Origin: an uncultured delta proteobacterium
GTDB taxonomy: Bacteria; Desulfobacterota; Binatia; Binatales; Binataceae
DNA: 64,000 nt
Assembly: GCA_963724765.1 (NCBI GenBank)
Contig: CAVRVY010000003.1
Location: 64,001 to 128,000 of the forward strand
Reading direction: 5' to 3'
Each line of letters starts with the position of its first letter. The first letter of the stretch is position 1. The position numbers and the translations under genes were made by a program. Under the pieces are notes generated by a model. The model saw only the letters and a list, made by a program, of their open reading frames with translations, had not been told where the DNA came from and ran no database searches. Below, one piece after another: positions 42,525-53,410 of the stretch.

Positions 42525-44315
42525 ATGACCAGACGCGTCGCTGTAGTACTCTGGTGTGGGGTTCTGCTTGGCGCTCTGATCGCGTCCACATTCTCGCAAG
42601 CGGCCGCGAAGGTAAACGAAAAATCCGAAGCCACGAATCGCCTTCTGACACTCGTCGCGGCGCAATTCCCGAATCTGACGGAGGCAGAGCGAGCGTTGCT
42701 CGTATTCGTCGACCTCAAGAAACGCGCTCAAGGCGACTTCGCGCTCGCCGGCCCCAGCGCAGCCGCCAGTGATATGAGCAACGATCCCGTGCATGCCGAT
42801 CAATGGAACCACGAGCGAGATGTTCGCGCCGAGTTGATTCGATGGCTGTCCGTCGACCTCGATGCTTCACGGCTGGTCGACCCACGCGGCATCCGTCTGC
42901 TCGGCGCGAGAGTCACGGGCCGACTCGATCTCTCACGGGTTCACGTCCCCTTCCCGATCGTTTTGCGCAACTGTGCGGTACCGGAGCGCATTAGTTTCGC
43001 GGCGACCAGTATTCTTTTCCTCGACTTAGGGGGCAGCCATATCGGCGAAATGGACGCCCCCGGGATCGAGGTTGATAGCGACCTCCGGCTCGACTCCGGG
43101 TTTCAGGCCGCGGGCGAAGTCAACGTCGCCGAAGCGCGAATCGGCGGCGCATTGCTCACCTCGGGCCGCTTCAAGAGCTCAGCCATCGATTTAGATTTGT
43201 TCGATCCGAAAAACACGCAGAGGCGAGCATTTTACGGGCTGCAGATGCGCGTGGGGGGCAGCCTGGTTTTCCGCCATGTACATATCGACGGCGGCATCGA
43301 GCTCAGCGGCTCCACTATTGGCGCAGACCTCATCCTCGATGGAAGTTTTGTTAATCCCGGAATGATGGCGATCGACGCTTCCAGCACCGATATTGCCGGG
43401 AACGTCATTATCGGCTACGGGGTGCCCTTCGTATCAGATGGTTTGGTGAATTTTGTCACGGCGAGGATCGGCACGGACTTCTTTGTGGCACAGGGGATAT
43501 TTTCAGGCGCGGCCCGCGAACGCCATGGGCTCGACGCATCCGGAATTTCTGTGAAGAACGCGCTGGTGTGGACCAATGTAGCACTGCCCAATGGCGGCTT
43601 TCTGAATTTGACCGGGGCCAGCGCCGAGGCGCTGATCGACGACGAACAAAGCTGGCCCGCGCCGGGTAGCCTCCTCATCGATGGTTTCACCTACACCGGA
43701 TTTTCCCAAATCGGCCCAATCAACGCCGCCGGCGATGCCGGCACGCGGCTGCGCTGGTTGCGGCTCCAGTCAGGGTTTCATTCGCAGCCCTACCGTCAAC
43801 TCGCCAAGATCTTGCGCGAAAGCGGCGACGAGCCGGGCGCGACTGAAGTGCTGATCGCCAGCGATGACTTAAACTACCGTCGTTTCGGTCTGTCCGGGCG
43901 GATCTGGGGTGCATTTCTGAACACGACCATCGGTTACGGGTATCAGCCGCTGCGCGCCATGGTGTGGTCATTTGCAGTCGTGATCTTCGGATCCTTGGTC
44001 GTAGCGACAGGCAAACGCGCGGGCGTGATGCGTTTTAGGTGGCCAGAGGACACACCGCCACCGCCTGGAGATCCAGCGGCGGGACTTCATCCAATGCTCT
44101 ACTCGCTTGACGTGTTTGTGCCGTTCGTAAATCTTCATCAGGAGAACTACTGGTGGCCTGATGAGACAGCGTCGGGCGAGTGCGCGATCTTCGGCCAGAG
44201 GGTGCCGGTTCGCGGCTCAGTGCTGCGCTACTATCTATGGCTACAAATCGTCGCTGGTTGGCTGCTGAGCGCGATCTTCATCGCTGGAGTGACCGGTTTA
44301 GTCAGGAGCGACTAG
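42525..44315 (+). CDS. Membrane-associated beta-solenoid protein ('membrane-associated oxidoreductase'-like hypothetical)
   Basis: Signal peptide, repeated A.I.G.L.L motifs, QPYRQLA..LR..G, GYGYQPLRA, YSLDVFVP, C-terminal TM. Confidence 0.75.
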   Translation: MTRRVAVVLWCGVLLGALIASTFSQAAAKVNEKSEATNRLLTLVAAQFPNLTEAERALLVFVDLKKRAQGDFALAGPSAAASDMSNDPVHADQWNHERDVRAELIRWLSVDLDASRLVDPRGIRLLGARVTGRLDLSRVHVPFPIVLRNCAVPERISFAATSILFLDLGGSHIGEMDAPGIEVDSDLRLDSGFQAAGEVNVAEARIGGALLTSGRFKSSAIDLDLFDPKNTQRRAFYGLQMRVGGSLVFRHVHIDGGIELSGSTIGADLILDGSFVNPGMMAIDASSTDIAGNVIIGYGVPFVSDGLVNFVTARIGTDFFVAQGIFSGAARERHGLDASGISVKNALVWTNVALPNGGFLNLTGASAEALIDDEQSWPAPGSLLIDGFTYTGFSQIGPINAAGDAGTRLRWLRLQSGFHSQPYRQLAKILRESGDEPGATEVLIASDDLNYRRFGLSGRIWGAFLNTTIGYGYQPLRAMVWSFAVVIFGSLVVATGKRAGVMRFRWPEDTPPPPGDPAAGLHPMLYSLDVFVPFVNLHQENYWWPDETASGECAIFGQRVPVRGSVLRYYLWLQIVAGWLLSAIFIAGVTGLVRSD

Positions 44316-44512
44316 TGGTGGTTTTTGGAGTTTGTACTGTCGATACTCACTAACTATCCATAACAGCCATGGAACTGAATCCGCGTTGAAAAATGCGCCC
44401 CCCGCTGTATGAGGAATCTAGCGACTGACGCCAGCGCGGCCGGCGAGATTCTTCGCTACAGCACTTTGCGCTCAGAATGACATGGTGCACCGCTTTGCCT
44501 CGGTGCAGCTAG

Positions 44513-45106
<594 letters not shown>

Positions 45107-45602
45107 GCAGAGCGCGAGGGGGAAGCTGAACGCGTGCGGCTGCGTCAGTTTTACTCCGGGACCGCGGGGAAGATTGCGGCGTTGCGTCACCGGCGGGCTA
45201 GGCAACTCGTTGAGCGTGGCAAAGTTTCGGCTGTTTGCTGGCATCCTGGGCAAGATCACGGCGTTGCCGCGACCGGCGGGATAGGGTTCTTGGCGCTCAC
45301 CCTCAAGTCGCGCGAGCAAAAAGGACGATGTGAAACGCACCTGCAAATCGGGCACAGATGTGCTGGAGCAGGACCGGGAGCGCTCGAAACAACGCAAGCC
45401 GTCCGCTTCGGGGCCCAGGTTCGGTCAAGACCGGGAGCGAGGGGGCACGATCGCTTGCCCCATAGCTTGAGTGGGGCTATGAAAAAAATAGTTGGAGCGT
45501 CAAAATGATATGGATGGACCCAGCCCCGTTTTCTAAAACGGCCTCATGAAGGGCCAGGATGGTAATCTCGACCATCCGACAGAATAACGGGGAGGGTCCA
45601 AG

Positions 45603-46643
45603 GTGAAGGTTAAAACACTCGGCATCGACCTGGCAAAGGAGACGTTCGGACTGCACGGAGTAGACGCCCTTGGGCGAATGGTGGTGCACCAGCGGGTCAC
45701 GCGCAAGCACCTGCGGGGTTTTCTGGTGAAGCTGGAGCCGTGCCTGGTGGGGCTGGAAGCGTGCGGCTCGGCGCACTATTGGGCGCGAGAGATCGAGAAG
45801 CTGGGTCACACGGTTAAGCTGATGAGCCCGCAGTTCGTCATCCCCTACCGCAAGGGCAATAAGAATGACCCCAACGACGCCGAGGCGATCTGCGAGGCGG
45901 TAACCAGGCCGTCGATGCGCTTCGTACCGATCAAGCACGAAGAGCAACAGGATTTACAGGCGCTCCATCGGGTGCGCGAGCAGTTAGTCAAGAACCGCAC
46001 CGCACTGGCTAATCAGATTAGAGGGCTATTGCGTGAGCGCGGAGTAGTAGTGGCACAAGCGATCGCGCGGCTGCGCGCTGCCTTGCCGCTGATCCTGGAG
46101 GACCAGAGCAATCGCCTGAGTGGGCTGCTGCGCGAGCTTTTGGGCGAGATGGCCGAGCGGCTGCGGATGCTCGACGATCGTCTGCGGCAGTACGACCAGC
46201 GGATCGCGCACGTTTGCCAGCAGGACGAACGGTGCCGGCGGCTGGTTAAAGTCGAAGGCGTCGGTCCGCTGGTGGCGACGGCTGTGGTCGCGGCGATAGG
46301 TAATGCGCGGCAGTTCACCAACGGCCGCGAGCTCAGCGCCTGGCTGGGGCTGGTGCCGCGCGAGCACTCAAGCGGCCAGCGCACGATGTTGCTCGGCATC
46401 AGCAAGCGCGGCAATCGTTACCTGCGCACGCTGCTCATCCACGGGGCACGAGCTGCCACCCGCGTGGCTGAGCGCAAACGCGACCCGCGTAGTATCTGGC
46501 TGAGCCGGCTTAAGCTCAGAGGCGGGCCCAACGTGGCGGCGGTAGCCCTGGCCAACAAGAACGCGCGAGTGATGTGGGCACTGCTCGCTCGCGGCGACTC
46601 CTATCGGGTGCGGCCAGCGATGGACCGAGCGGCCGCGGCCTGA
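45603..46643 (+). CDS. IS110-family DEDD recombinase/transposase
   Basis: GIDLAK, EAC, KNDPNDAEAI, GLVPREHSSG, SKRGNRYLR. Confidence 0.97.
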   Translation: MKVKTLGIDLAKETFGLHGVDALGRMVVHQRVTRKHLRGFLVKLEPCLVGLEACGSAHYWAREIEKLGHTVKLMSPQFVIPYRKGNKNDPNDAEAICEAVTRPSMRFVPIKHEEQQDLQALHRVREQLVKNRTALANQIRGLLRERGVVVAQAIARLRAALPLILEDQSNRLSGLLRELLGEMAERLRMLDDRLRQYDQRIAHVCQQDERCRRLVKVEGVGPLVATAVVAAIGNARQFTNGRELSAWLGLVPREHSSGQRTMLLGISKRGNRYLRTLLIHGARAATRVAERKRDPRSIWLSRLKLRGGPNVAAVALANKNARVMWALLARGDSYRVRPAMDRAAAA

Positions 46644-46899
46644 CAGGAGAAAATCAAGAACTGGAGTACCTGCCAAAGGTTGCGAAGGTGGTCTGGCAAT
46701 GTTGATGGCGAACCGGTCAGAACCGGCGTCTTCCAAACCTGTGAATTTCCAAGGCCCTTTAAGGCCGGCAAAACGGTAAGGTAATGAAGACGAGCGGAAA
46801 TCCATCAGGGCCCGGGGCAATCACAACGCCCCATTTACAGAGGCCGAATATACGGATGCAACCGGAATCCTGTCATCACGCTCGAGACCCCTTTGCACA
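46644..46899 (+). ncRNA. Putative seekRNA/bridge RNA of the IS1111-group element
   Basis: Downstream non-coding region with short segments matching both strands of the reconstructed target and of the donor junction (see findings). Exact ends unknown. Confidence 0.7.
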
Positions 46900-47004
46900 G
46901 GGGCTGGGTCCATATACGGAAATTTCGGATAAAGCGGAAATTCCGGCTACGGTCGTCCGGGCTTGTAACGTGTGGATCGGTAAGTAGGCATTGGAGAGAC
47001 GGCA

Positions 47005-48111
47005 ATGCCGAGTGACGCGACCTCATCGACGGAAAATCAACCAGCTCCCCTGAGCGTATCCAGCAGACTGGCGCGATTGGCGGGCATCGGCGTTGTCATA
47101 CTATGTGTCGTCGGAGGGTTTCTCTATTTAGGAGGCTGGTTCAATCCGCATGAACTAACGCCTGCGCGGTTCGCCACCGGTTTTGAAAAGGTCTACGGAA
47201 TCAACTCCGGTTTCCGTCGCAATCATGCCAAGGGCGTGTGCGTCGGAGGTTTTTTCGATAGCAATGGCCAGGGAACGCGCCTCTCGAAGGCCGTTCTGTT
47301 CCGGACCGGCCGCGTGCCGATCATCGGCCGCTTCTCGCTCGGCGGCGGCAATCCCTATGTTCGCGATACTCCCGACGCGATCCGTGGCCTAGGACTTCTC
47401 TTTCGGTCGCGCGATGGCGAAGAGTGGCGGACGGCGATGATCAATCGTCCGGTATTTCCGTTCAACACCCCGCAGGCCTTTTACGACAACTTGATTGCTT
47501 CGCAACCCGATCCCGACACGCATAAACCCGATCAGGAAAAAATGGCGGCGTTCGTGGCCAGCCATCCCGAATTTGTGCGGGCGGTAAAGATCATCCAAAG
47601 CCATCAGGTGTCGTCCGGTTTCGACAACAGCACTTTCAACGGCCTTAATGCGTTCCATTTCATCAACGCGGCCGATGTCTCGACGCCGGTTCGATGGTCG
47701 ATGGTGCCGGTGGATGCGTTTAAGCCTGAAGGCACGGCTCAATCCGCCAATCCCGACAAGAATTATCTCTTCGACGATTTCATCGCGCGGATTCATAGTG
47801 CGCCCGTGCAGTGGCGGCTGATCCTCACGGTTGGGCAACCCGGCGACCCTACCGACGATGCGACGATCCCATGGCTGGAAGATCGGGAGCACGTCGATGC
47901 CGGTACGCTAACCCTCGACGAAGTTGAGCCTGAGGCGCCTGGAAACTGTCGCGACATCAACTTCGATCCGTTGGTGTTGCCGGTCGGCATTGCACCGTCC
48001 GACGATCCTTTGCTCAGCGCTCGATCGGCAGTTTATTCGCAATCGTTTACAAGACGAGCGGGCGAGAAGAAGGAGCCGAGCGCGATCACGCCTTCGGACG
48101 TGCGAAAGTGA
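47005..48111 (+). CDS. Catalase-related peroxidase (SrpA-like)
   Basis: RRNHAKG, GRFSLGGG, FDPLVLP.GI.PSDDPLLSARSAVY; N-terminal TM. Confidence 0.92.
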   Translation: MPSDATSSTENQPAPLSVSSRLARLAGIGVVILCVVGGFLYLGGWFNPHELTPARFATGFEKVYGINSGFRRNHAKGVCVGGFFDSNGQGTRLSKAVLFRTGRVPIIGRFSLGGGNPYVRDTPDAIRGLGLLFRSRDGEEWRTAMINRPVFPFNTPQAFYDNLIASQPDPDTHKPDQEKMAAFVASHPEFVRAVKIIQSHQVSSGFDNSTFNGLNAFHFINAADVSTPVRWSMVPVDAFKPEGTAQSANPDKNYLFDDFIARIHSAPVQWRLILTVGQPGDPTDDATIPWLEDREHVDAGTLTLDEVEPEAPGNCRDINFDPLVLPVGIAPSDDPLLSARSAVYSQSFTRRAGEKKEPSAITPSDVRK

Positions 48112-48665
48112 GCGTCAGGATGACGACGGAGCCGCAGCAATTCCCGGTTTCCATGCGGTTTCTTCACTGGTTCATGGCCGCGATGGTGCTGACCATGCTC
48201 GGCATTGGTGTTGCCATGGTCGCGTCGCTCGCCGACTACCATTGGCTAGTATCAATCCATCGCCCAGTGGGGATCCTGATCTTGATTTTGGTGGTGATCC
48301 GGTTCGTGAACCGGCGCTTCAGCACCCTGCCTCCTTTTCCTGCGACGATGTCGTCTCAGGAGCGCTTCATTGCACACGCGTCGGAAATGTTGCTTTACAC
48401 ATTGCTGTTTGTGCAGCCTCTGGTCGGCTGGGGGATGTTGTCCGCGGCGCGCTATCCGATCGTACTGTATGGGCCGCTGCATCTTTTCCCCATCCTTCCG
48501 CATAGCGTGATGTTGTACGCGGTATTGCGGAAGGTGCACACGGTTCTCGCCTACCTCTTATTCCTCGCGTTCATCGCCCATTTTGGAGCTGTTCTGTTTC
48601 ACACGCTGATCCTGCGGGATCGGTTGTTCAACCGCATGGCGCCTTATAGAGTCCCCGCACGCTAG
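48108..48665 (+). CDS. Cytochrome b561 family
   Basis: RFLHWFMA, IHRPVG, H..LAY, AHFGAVLFH; GTGA overlap with the peroxidase. Confidence 0.92.
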   Translation: MSVRMTTEPQQFPVSMRFLHWFMAAMVLTMLGIGVAMVASLADYHWLVSIHRPVGILILILVVIRFVNRRFSTLPPFPATMSSQERFIAHASEMLLYTLLFVQPLVGWGMLSAARYPIVLYGPLHLFPILPHSVMLYAVLRKVHTVLAYLLFLAFIAHFGAVLFHTLILRDRLFNRMAPYRVPAR

Positions 48666-49621
48666 CGAGTTCCTGCAACACGGCACTCTACTCGCTGTCG
48701 ACGTGTGGCAATCGCGTATCAAAGCTTTGCGGCGCAGGGGGGCGGGGCCGTGCCAGCACAATTGCGTAGCTTGCCTGCCGCCTCTCCTCGCGAGAAGCGC
48801 CGATGGCCTCTGATTCCGATTTCAGCGCTCGCCCTAATTTTGTGGATCTAGTTCAAAGCAATCATCGATAGCTCCTTCACTCCAGACAGACTCGCCACTT
48901 CACTGCGCTACCGCAAGGCTTCTGCACGCGCCCTGTCCACGAAGCCATCGAGCAGTGTTCAACAGAGGGGCGAGGAGGGCAGCCCTCCTCGCGCCCCACC
49001 CCGGAAGCCCCGGGTGGATCAGCTTTACTTCGGCGATCTCGCCGAAAGGCGGGTCAGAATTAAATCGGCGTTGACAACTGCGAAAAAGTGCTGTGAGGCA
49101 ATGGGTTGGCGGAGGTTCGTTTTGCGTTATCTCTACGCTCGCGTTGCTCGTGCAACCGGGCGGACCACAGGGCAGGGCTTGTCGGTGCCGCAGAGATCCG
49201 GGTCGCGAGGCTCCAAGCTAGCCGGCCGTGCGGGAGCCGTGAGCCCGTGCTCGAATCGGACTATCAGCAATCGCTCACCTCGGTCGACAAGCGCGCGAGT
49301 CACTATCGCAGGCCACCAACTTCCGTCCCATACCCACACGGCGGCAATGGGCTCGATTTGCTTTGGTCGTGAAGCTTGCACGGATGTCTCCTAACTTTAC
49401 TACAGTGCTCGACGGTCGCGCTTATTCATAAGTGCAGGAAAAGTCCCCGGCGGTACGTCGTCTGGGAGTACGCGCACAGCCGGGGAAAGGAGAGTCGTTT
49501 TGGGTCGGCCATCGGGGGCCATCAGCTGACGGGGGAGGAAGAGTCGCTCGCGCCCGGGCGTCGTCGAGGGTTGTCTTTTGAAGTGGTTGCTCACCGCTTG
49601 TCAATCGCTGCGTCTAGGCGA

Positions 49622-50053
49622 CTACTGTGAAACGAGCATCTGCGAGGTGGTGGTAAGTTTCAGAGCGACCGGCGAGAGGAAGGGTATTTGAAATTGATAC
49701 GTGTATGAGATTGTAACCTGCGCATCATCTTGCGACGGTAGAATATGGGGATCGGTGGGCCAACTCACACTTATGTCGGCTGGAGTCAAGTTGAGCGCGG
49801 GCGCGTAATTGATGGTGAGCTGCTGAATCTGCGAGGTGGTGGCCGGACTAGCGCTGGTGGGCGAATGCACAATGGCGTAACGTACCGCCTCGCGAGCCGC
49901 CGAACTGACCGTGTTGTAGTTGTAAACGGCTAAACCCATCTCCATAATGCCGAAGAGCAGTAAGAGCAACAGCATGGCCGACAAAGCGAATTCGACCATG
50001 GTTTGGCCCGCCCGATACTGTTTCTTAGAGAACGAAGCAGTACGAAGTTTCAT
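49622..50053 (-). CDS. TadE-like minor pilin
   Basis: GQTMVEFAL...AAREAVRYA. Confidence 0.9.
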   Translation of the reverse strand: MKLRTASFSKKQYRAGQTMVEFALSAMLLLLLLFGIMEMGLAVYNYNTVSSAAREAVRYAIVHSPTSASPATTSQIQQLTINYAPALNLTPADISVSWPTDPHILPSQDDAQVTISYTYQFQIPFLSPVALKLTTTSQMLVSQ

Positions 50054-50535
50054 TGCTCAACCTGCATGATGGCCTTGCCCGACAGCGTCGTCGAAGGGGG
50101 GATGCCGGGATAATTCACTAGCGTATGAAAGAGCGCCTGGGTGTCAACCTCAACGAAGGTTGCCTGTGGGTCGTTCGTACAATAGCTCGCCGTACAGGCC
50201 GCCACGGATGTTGACGACTCGCAAGTGCACTGGCTCGCGGTCGCGCCCAGACTGGTGATGTTCGACCCGTCCGTCTTGGCGGCTGCAATCATCCCGTTAA
50301 GATCGGCCGCAGTGATGACGGTTTGCGACCCATACTGGGCGCCGGCCCGCGCCGCGTTGTTCACTTCAACGCTCATGTAAAAGATCCGGCCAAAGTCGGC
50401 GCCGGCGAGCAGCAAAAGGACAAGCACAGGGATGGCGAACGCCAGCTCGACGGCGCTTTGGCCCCTTACGAAAAGGCCGCGCCGCAAGGCCCTTCGGAGC
50501 CCTGCTTTACGACAACAGCTATTCATAAAGCGCAT
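50050..50535 (-). CDS. TadE-like minor pilin
   Basis: GQSAVELA...AARAGAQYG. Confidence 0.9.
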   Translation of the reverse strand: MRFMNSCCRKAGLRRALRRGLFVRGQSAVELAFAIPVLVLLLLAGADFGRIFYMSVEVNNAARAGAQYGSQTVITAADLNGMIAAAKTDGSNITSLGATASQCTCESSTSVAACTASYCTNDPQATFVEVDTQALFHTLVNYPGIPPSTTLSGKAIMQVEQ

Positions 50536-52120
50536 CCGACTGAATCGGCGATTGGCCGCCGAGCGACGAGTAATCGCTGCCGAGTGTCATCGTCGTAGTA
50601 CCAGTGAACTTGATGGTGTCGGCAATCAGGGACGTATAGCCCGATCCGCTGGAGGTGCCATCGTAGGCAAGTGCAGTGGTGGGAAAATAGAGCACCCCGT
50701 CGAAGGTGGAGCTTGAAGTGCCAGTGATGGTGCTCTGCGCTGAGCCGGCGGGGATCGAACGATCCTGCATGACGAGTATCCCCTTATACGGACCCGATGT
50801 GGGCGCACTAAGATTCGAGGTCGCGGTACCTTTCAAGCTGATTGGGCCGTAGGCGTATCCCGGACTCGTCGTGTCATAGAAAGTCACGCCCGTGCCTTGG
50901 AGTGTCGCGGTCCCGGTGACCGACAGACCGCCCCCCGCCAATACGTAAGTGCCAGGATTAAACGTAAGATTGGCGCTGCCGGTGACTGAAATACCGCCGT
51001 AATAGGTGCCTGGACTTAAAGTCAGCGTATTGGTCCCGGATATCAGGACAGGGCCGTCGAAGGTGTACTGTCCGCCCGGGTTGAAAGTTGTCGTAGCGGT
51101 TCCTTCGATATGAATGCTGTCGCCGCCGCCGCTACCCTGATACTGGCCGGGATTAAAAGTTATGCTGCCCGAGGTGCCATCCACGACAATACCGTCTCCA
51201 TAGGTTCCGCCGCTGAAGGTGGAGTTGCCGGTTCCTTGGATGGATACGCCTCCGGCGTAGACGCTCGGAGGCACTGTCACCGTTCCGTAAGTGCCGCTAA
51301 CGCTATAACTTCCGCTGCTGGTCGAACTTGCCGGGATGTAAGTGGCAACGCTGGGCTCCGCAAGCGAAATGAGGGGGTCCGGGGCGGCAGCAACTGCCGT
51401 GACCGGCTCCGGCGATACTGTGATAGTGCCGTGAGGAGTATAGTCGCCAACCACGCCAATAGAGTTGGCCGTAAAGTTCACGGTCCCGCTAAGATCGAGC
51501 GCGGTAGAACTGTTCGAGTTGTCGATTACGCCGCATTTGGCAGTGATGTTGGCGGTCCCGCTGACATATATAGCTTGCTGCGCGGCCGGGTCGAGAGAAT
51601 AGACGCAGGCCGGGCCATTGATCGTGCCGCTCACCGCCCGAGCGCTTACCTTCATTGAATTGTAGCCGAGCACCCGCAGAAAGTAGGTGGGCTCAGGTTG
51701 CGTGACTATGACTTCGACGTAATTCGAATTGCCGGCGTAGAGCCCGCTTGCGGGCGGATTATTAACCGCTATGGTCGCGCTGTTGGTGCCGTTGGTGAAG
51801 CCGTTGAGACTTGCGACGTTGTCAGCTGCCGACGCAATGCTTTCGCTGTTCCTAAGTGCCGTGGCACCCGCAATGGCGGCCGCGTCCGCAGCCGTCTGCA
51901 TGCGCCGCCGCCCGTTCCATAGCAGGCCCACGTCGGTAGCCAGAGCCGCGAACCCGATGAGGACGACCATTGCGATGGCTGTGAGAAACAGGAGTTGCCC
52001 GCAGGGTGATCCTCGTAAATTGCAAGAGTCTGCTCCCCCCTTTTTCTTGGAAGGTTCGGATGCGTGAGATTGTGACATCTGGCCAATCTCTTGTTCCGTT
52101 GCTGCTGTGCGAGCGCTCAT
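50519..52120 (-). CDS. TadG-like pilus protein with a Gly/Thr/Ser-rich repeat body
   Basis: GQ..hydrophobic..DVG...MQTAADAAAIAGA; repeated GGISVxG..TFNPGxY units. Confidence 0.88.
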   Translation of the reverse strand: MSARTAATEQEIGQMSQSHASEPSKKKGGADSCNLRGSPCGQLLFLTAIAMVVLIGFAALATDVGLLWNGRRRMQTAADAAAIAGATALRNSESIASAADNVASLNGFTNGTNSATIAVNNPPASGLYAGNSNYVEVIVTQPEPTYFLRVLGYNSMKVSARAVSGTINGPACVYSLDPAAQQAIYVSGTANITAKCGVIDNSNSSTALDLSGTVNFTANSIGVVGDYTPHGTITVSPEPVTAVAAAPDPLISLAEPSVATYIPASSTSSGSYSVSGTYGTVTVPPSVYAGGVSIQGTGNSTFSGGTYGDGIVVDGTSGSITFNPGQYQGSGGGDSIHIEGTATTTFNPGGQYTFDGPVLISGTNTLTLSPGTYYGGISVTGSANLTFNPGTYVLAGGGLSVTGTATLQGTGVTFYDTTSPGYAYGPISLKGTATSNLSAPTSGPYKGILVMQDRSIPAGSAQSTITGTSSSTFDGVLYFPTTALAYDGTSSGSGYTSLIADTIKFTGTTTMTLGSDYSSLGGQSPIQSDALYE

Positions 52121-52164
52121 TTTTAAATCTCCCGGCTCTAGTTTAGGAGCGAGAAACTCGGCCT

Positions 52165-53061
52165 TTATAGCCGTGCCGCATTAACGTGATCGAGTTGCAG
52201 AGTATCGCCGCTTATAGAATGCCGCAGCTTGTTTCTAAGCGAGAGGTTCCTTTTGATAGTTACCGAGAAAGGCCTGCTCCTATTCTCGGTACCCATGATT
52301 AATTTGTCCGCATGCTGATGATCAATATGCAATCCGGCTCTCTCGACTAGCCCGATGTAATTAACGAACTCGGCACGCAGCCGGCTTTGACTGGTGCGCA
52401 GCAAATCTAGCTGTTTACCTAATTCAGCACGGTACCGGCCTCCCAGTTGGGCGCCCGAATACGCCAGAGCGCTTGCACCGAGAAGGCCCATCCACTCGTA
52501 TAGTCCGGTTGCGAATGGACTAGCAGACCAGACGGCGTTGATGCCAAACCAGGAAAGGCAGCCAAGTGTCAGCGCTCCTTGCCACCGGGCGCTCCATGGC
52601 ATCAGCGAGCCGCCAGCGACTAGAAGAAGCAGCGCCGACATGAGCAGCGGCTCGGTTTGCCCGGAACAGAGGCTAAGATAACTGGCGCTTACAAAGATAA
52701 GCCCGCAAAATCCAAAAACTAGCAGTCGCCAATTATAACGAAACCACACGGTCCAAGTGATGTAGAGGCATGCCGCACCGGCTACTAGGTTGAAAAGCTC
52801 GAACGGGTATACGGTGGCTGCCTGGACAGTTGAGGGTAGACTGATCCCTAATACAGCTCCCATCTCGAAAAGAATCACGAACAACACACCAGAGCGCACG
52901 AGCCGAGACAGCCAAGAGCGCTTGGTCTCTTCGCTTCTTAACACTTCGCGAAGAGATTGATAGGCATCCTGGCTCGAGTCATACTCCGGTCGGACTGGCC
53001 GTAGCCGGTGCTGAAATGCGTTCAATGCTAGATGTGAACTCGGTGATGCTGTCCTTGCCAC
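52165..53061 (-). CDS. Multi-TM membrane protein (sensor-input-like, no output domain)
   Basis: About 6 TMs, LMPWSARWQ motif. Confidence 0.6.
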   Translation of the reverse strand: MARTASPSSHLALNAFQHRLRPVRPEYDSSQDAYQSLREVLRSEETKRSWLSRLVRSGVLFVILFEMGAVLGISLPSTVQAATVYPFELFNLVAGAACLYITWTVWFRYNWRLLVFGFCGLIFVSASYLSLCSGQTEPLLMSALLLLVAGGSLMPWSARWQGALTLGCLSWFGINAVWSASPFATGLYEWMGLLGASALAYSGAQLGGRYRAELGKQLDLLRTSQSRLRAEFVNYIGLVERAGLHIDHQHADKLIMGTENRSRPFSVTIKRNLSLRNKLRHSISGDTLQLDHVNAARL

Positions 53062-53410
53062 AAAGCCTCCAAAGAGTCGTAATTGTGGCTACAGCAAGAC
53101 CGATGCCGATCGCAAGTTTAACTTATTTTATGCAATGATAGGCAAAACTCACCTTTGACTTTGTCACCAGGCTTTCGAAGCGATGGAATATGCTTTACGC
53201 GCAGCATGGCGTTGCTACGATGCAACAACACCTTTATGATGCCTGATTCGCATTAATATGAGACAGAACCTGCCTTTTTGAGTGACTTAAGGCTTATCTG
53301 CGTACAGCGAGGTGCATCGATGCAACGATAAATGTCGCACAGACTGATGCAGGTATCCTGCGGTTCTACGCAGACAGCCGGACAAGTTGGATCAAATTAG
53401 TTGACTGCTA

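Larger units (their letters stand above)
45505..46916 (+). mobile_element. IS110-family (IS1111 group) element, complete
   Basis: 14-bp subterminal IRs ATGGACCCAGCCCC (45514-45527) / GGGGCTGGGTCCAT (46900-46913); long 3' non-coding region; no TSD. Confidence 0.92.

Noticed and set aside
43955-43975. Treating the 42525-44315 protein as a K+ channel from its GYG
   Set aside because: The GYGY (near 43931) precedes the first TM rather than lying in a TVGYG pore loop between TMs.
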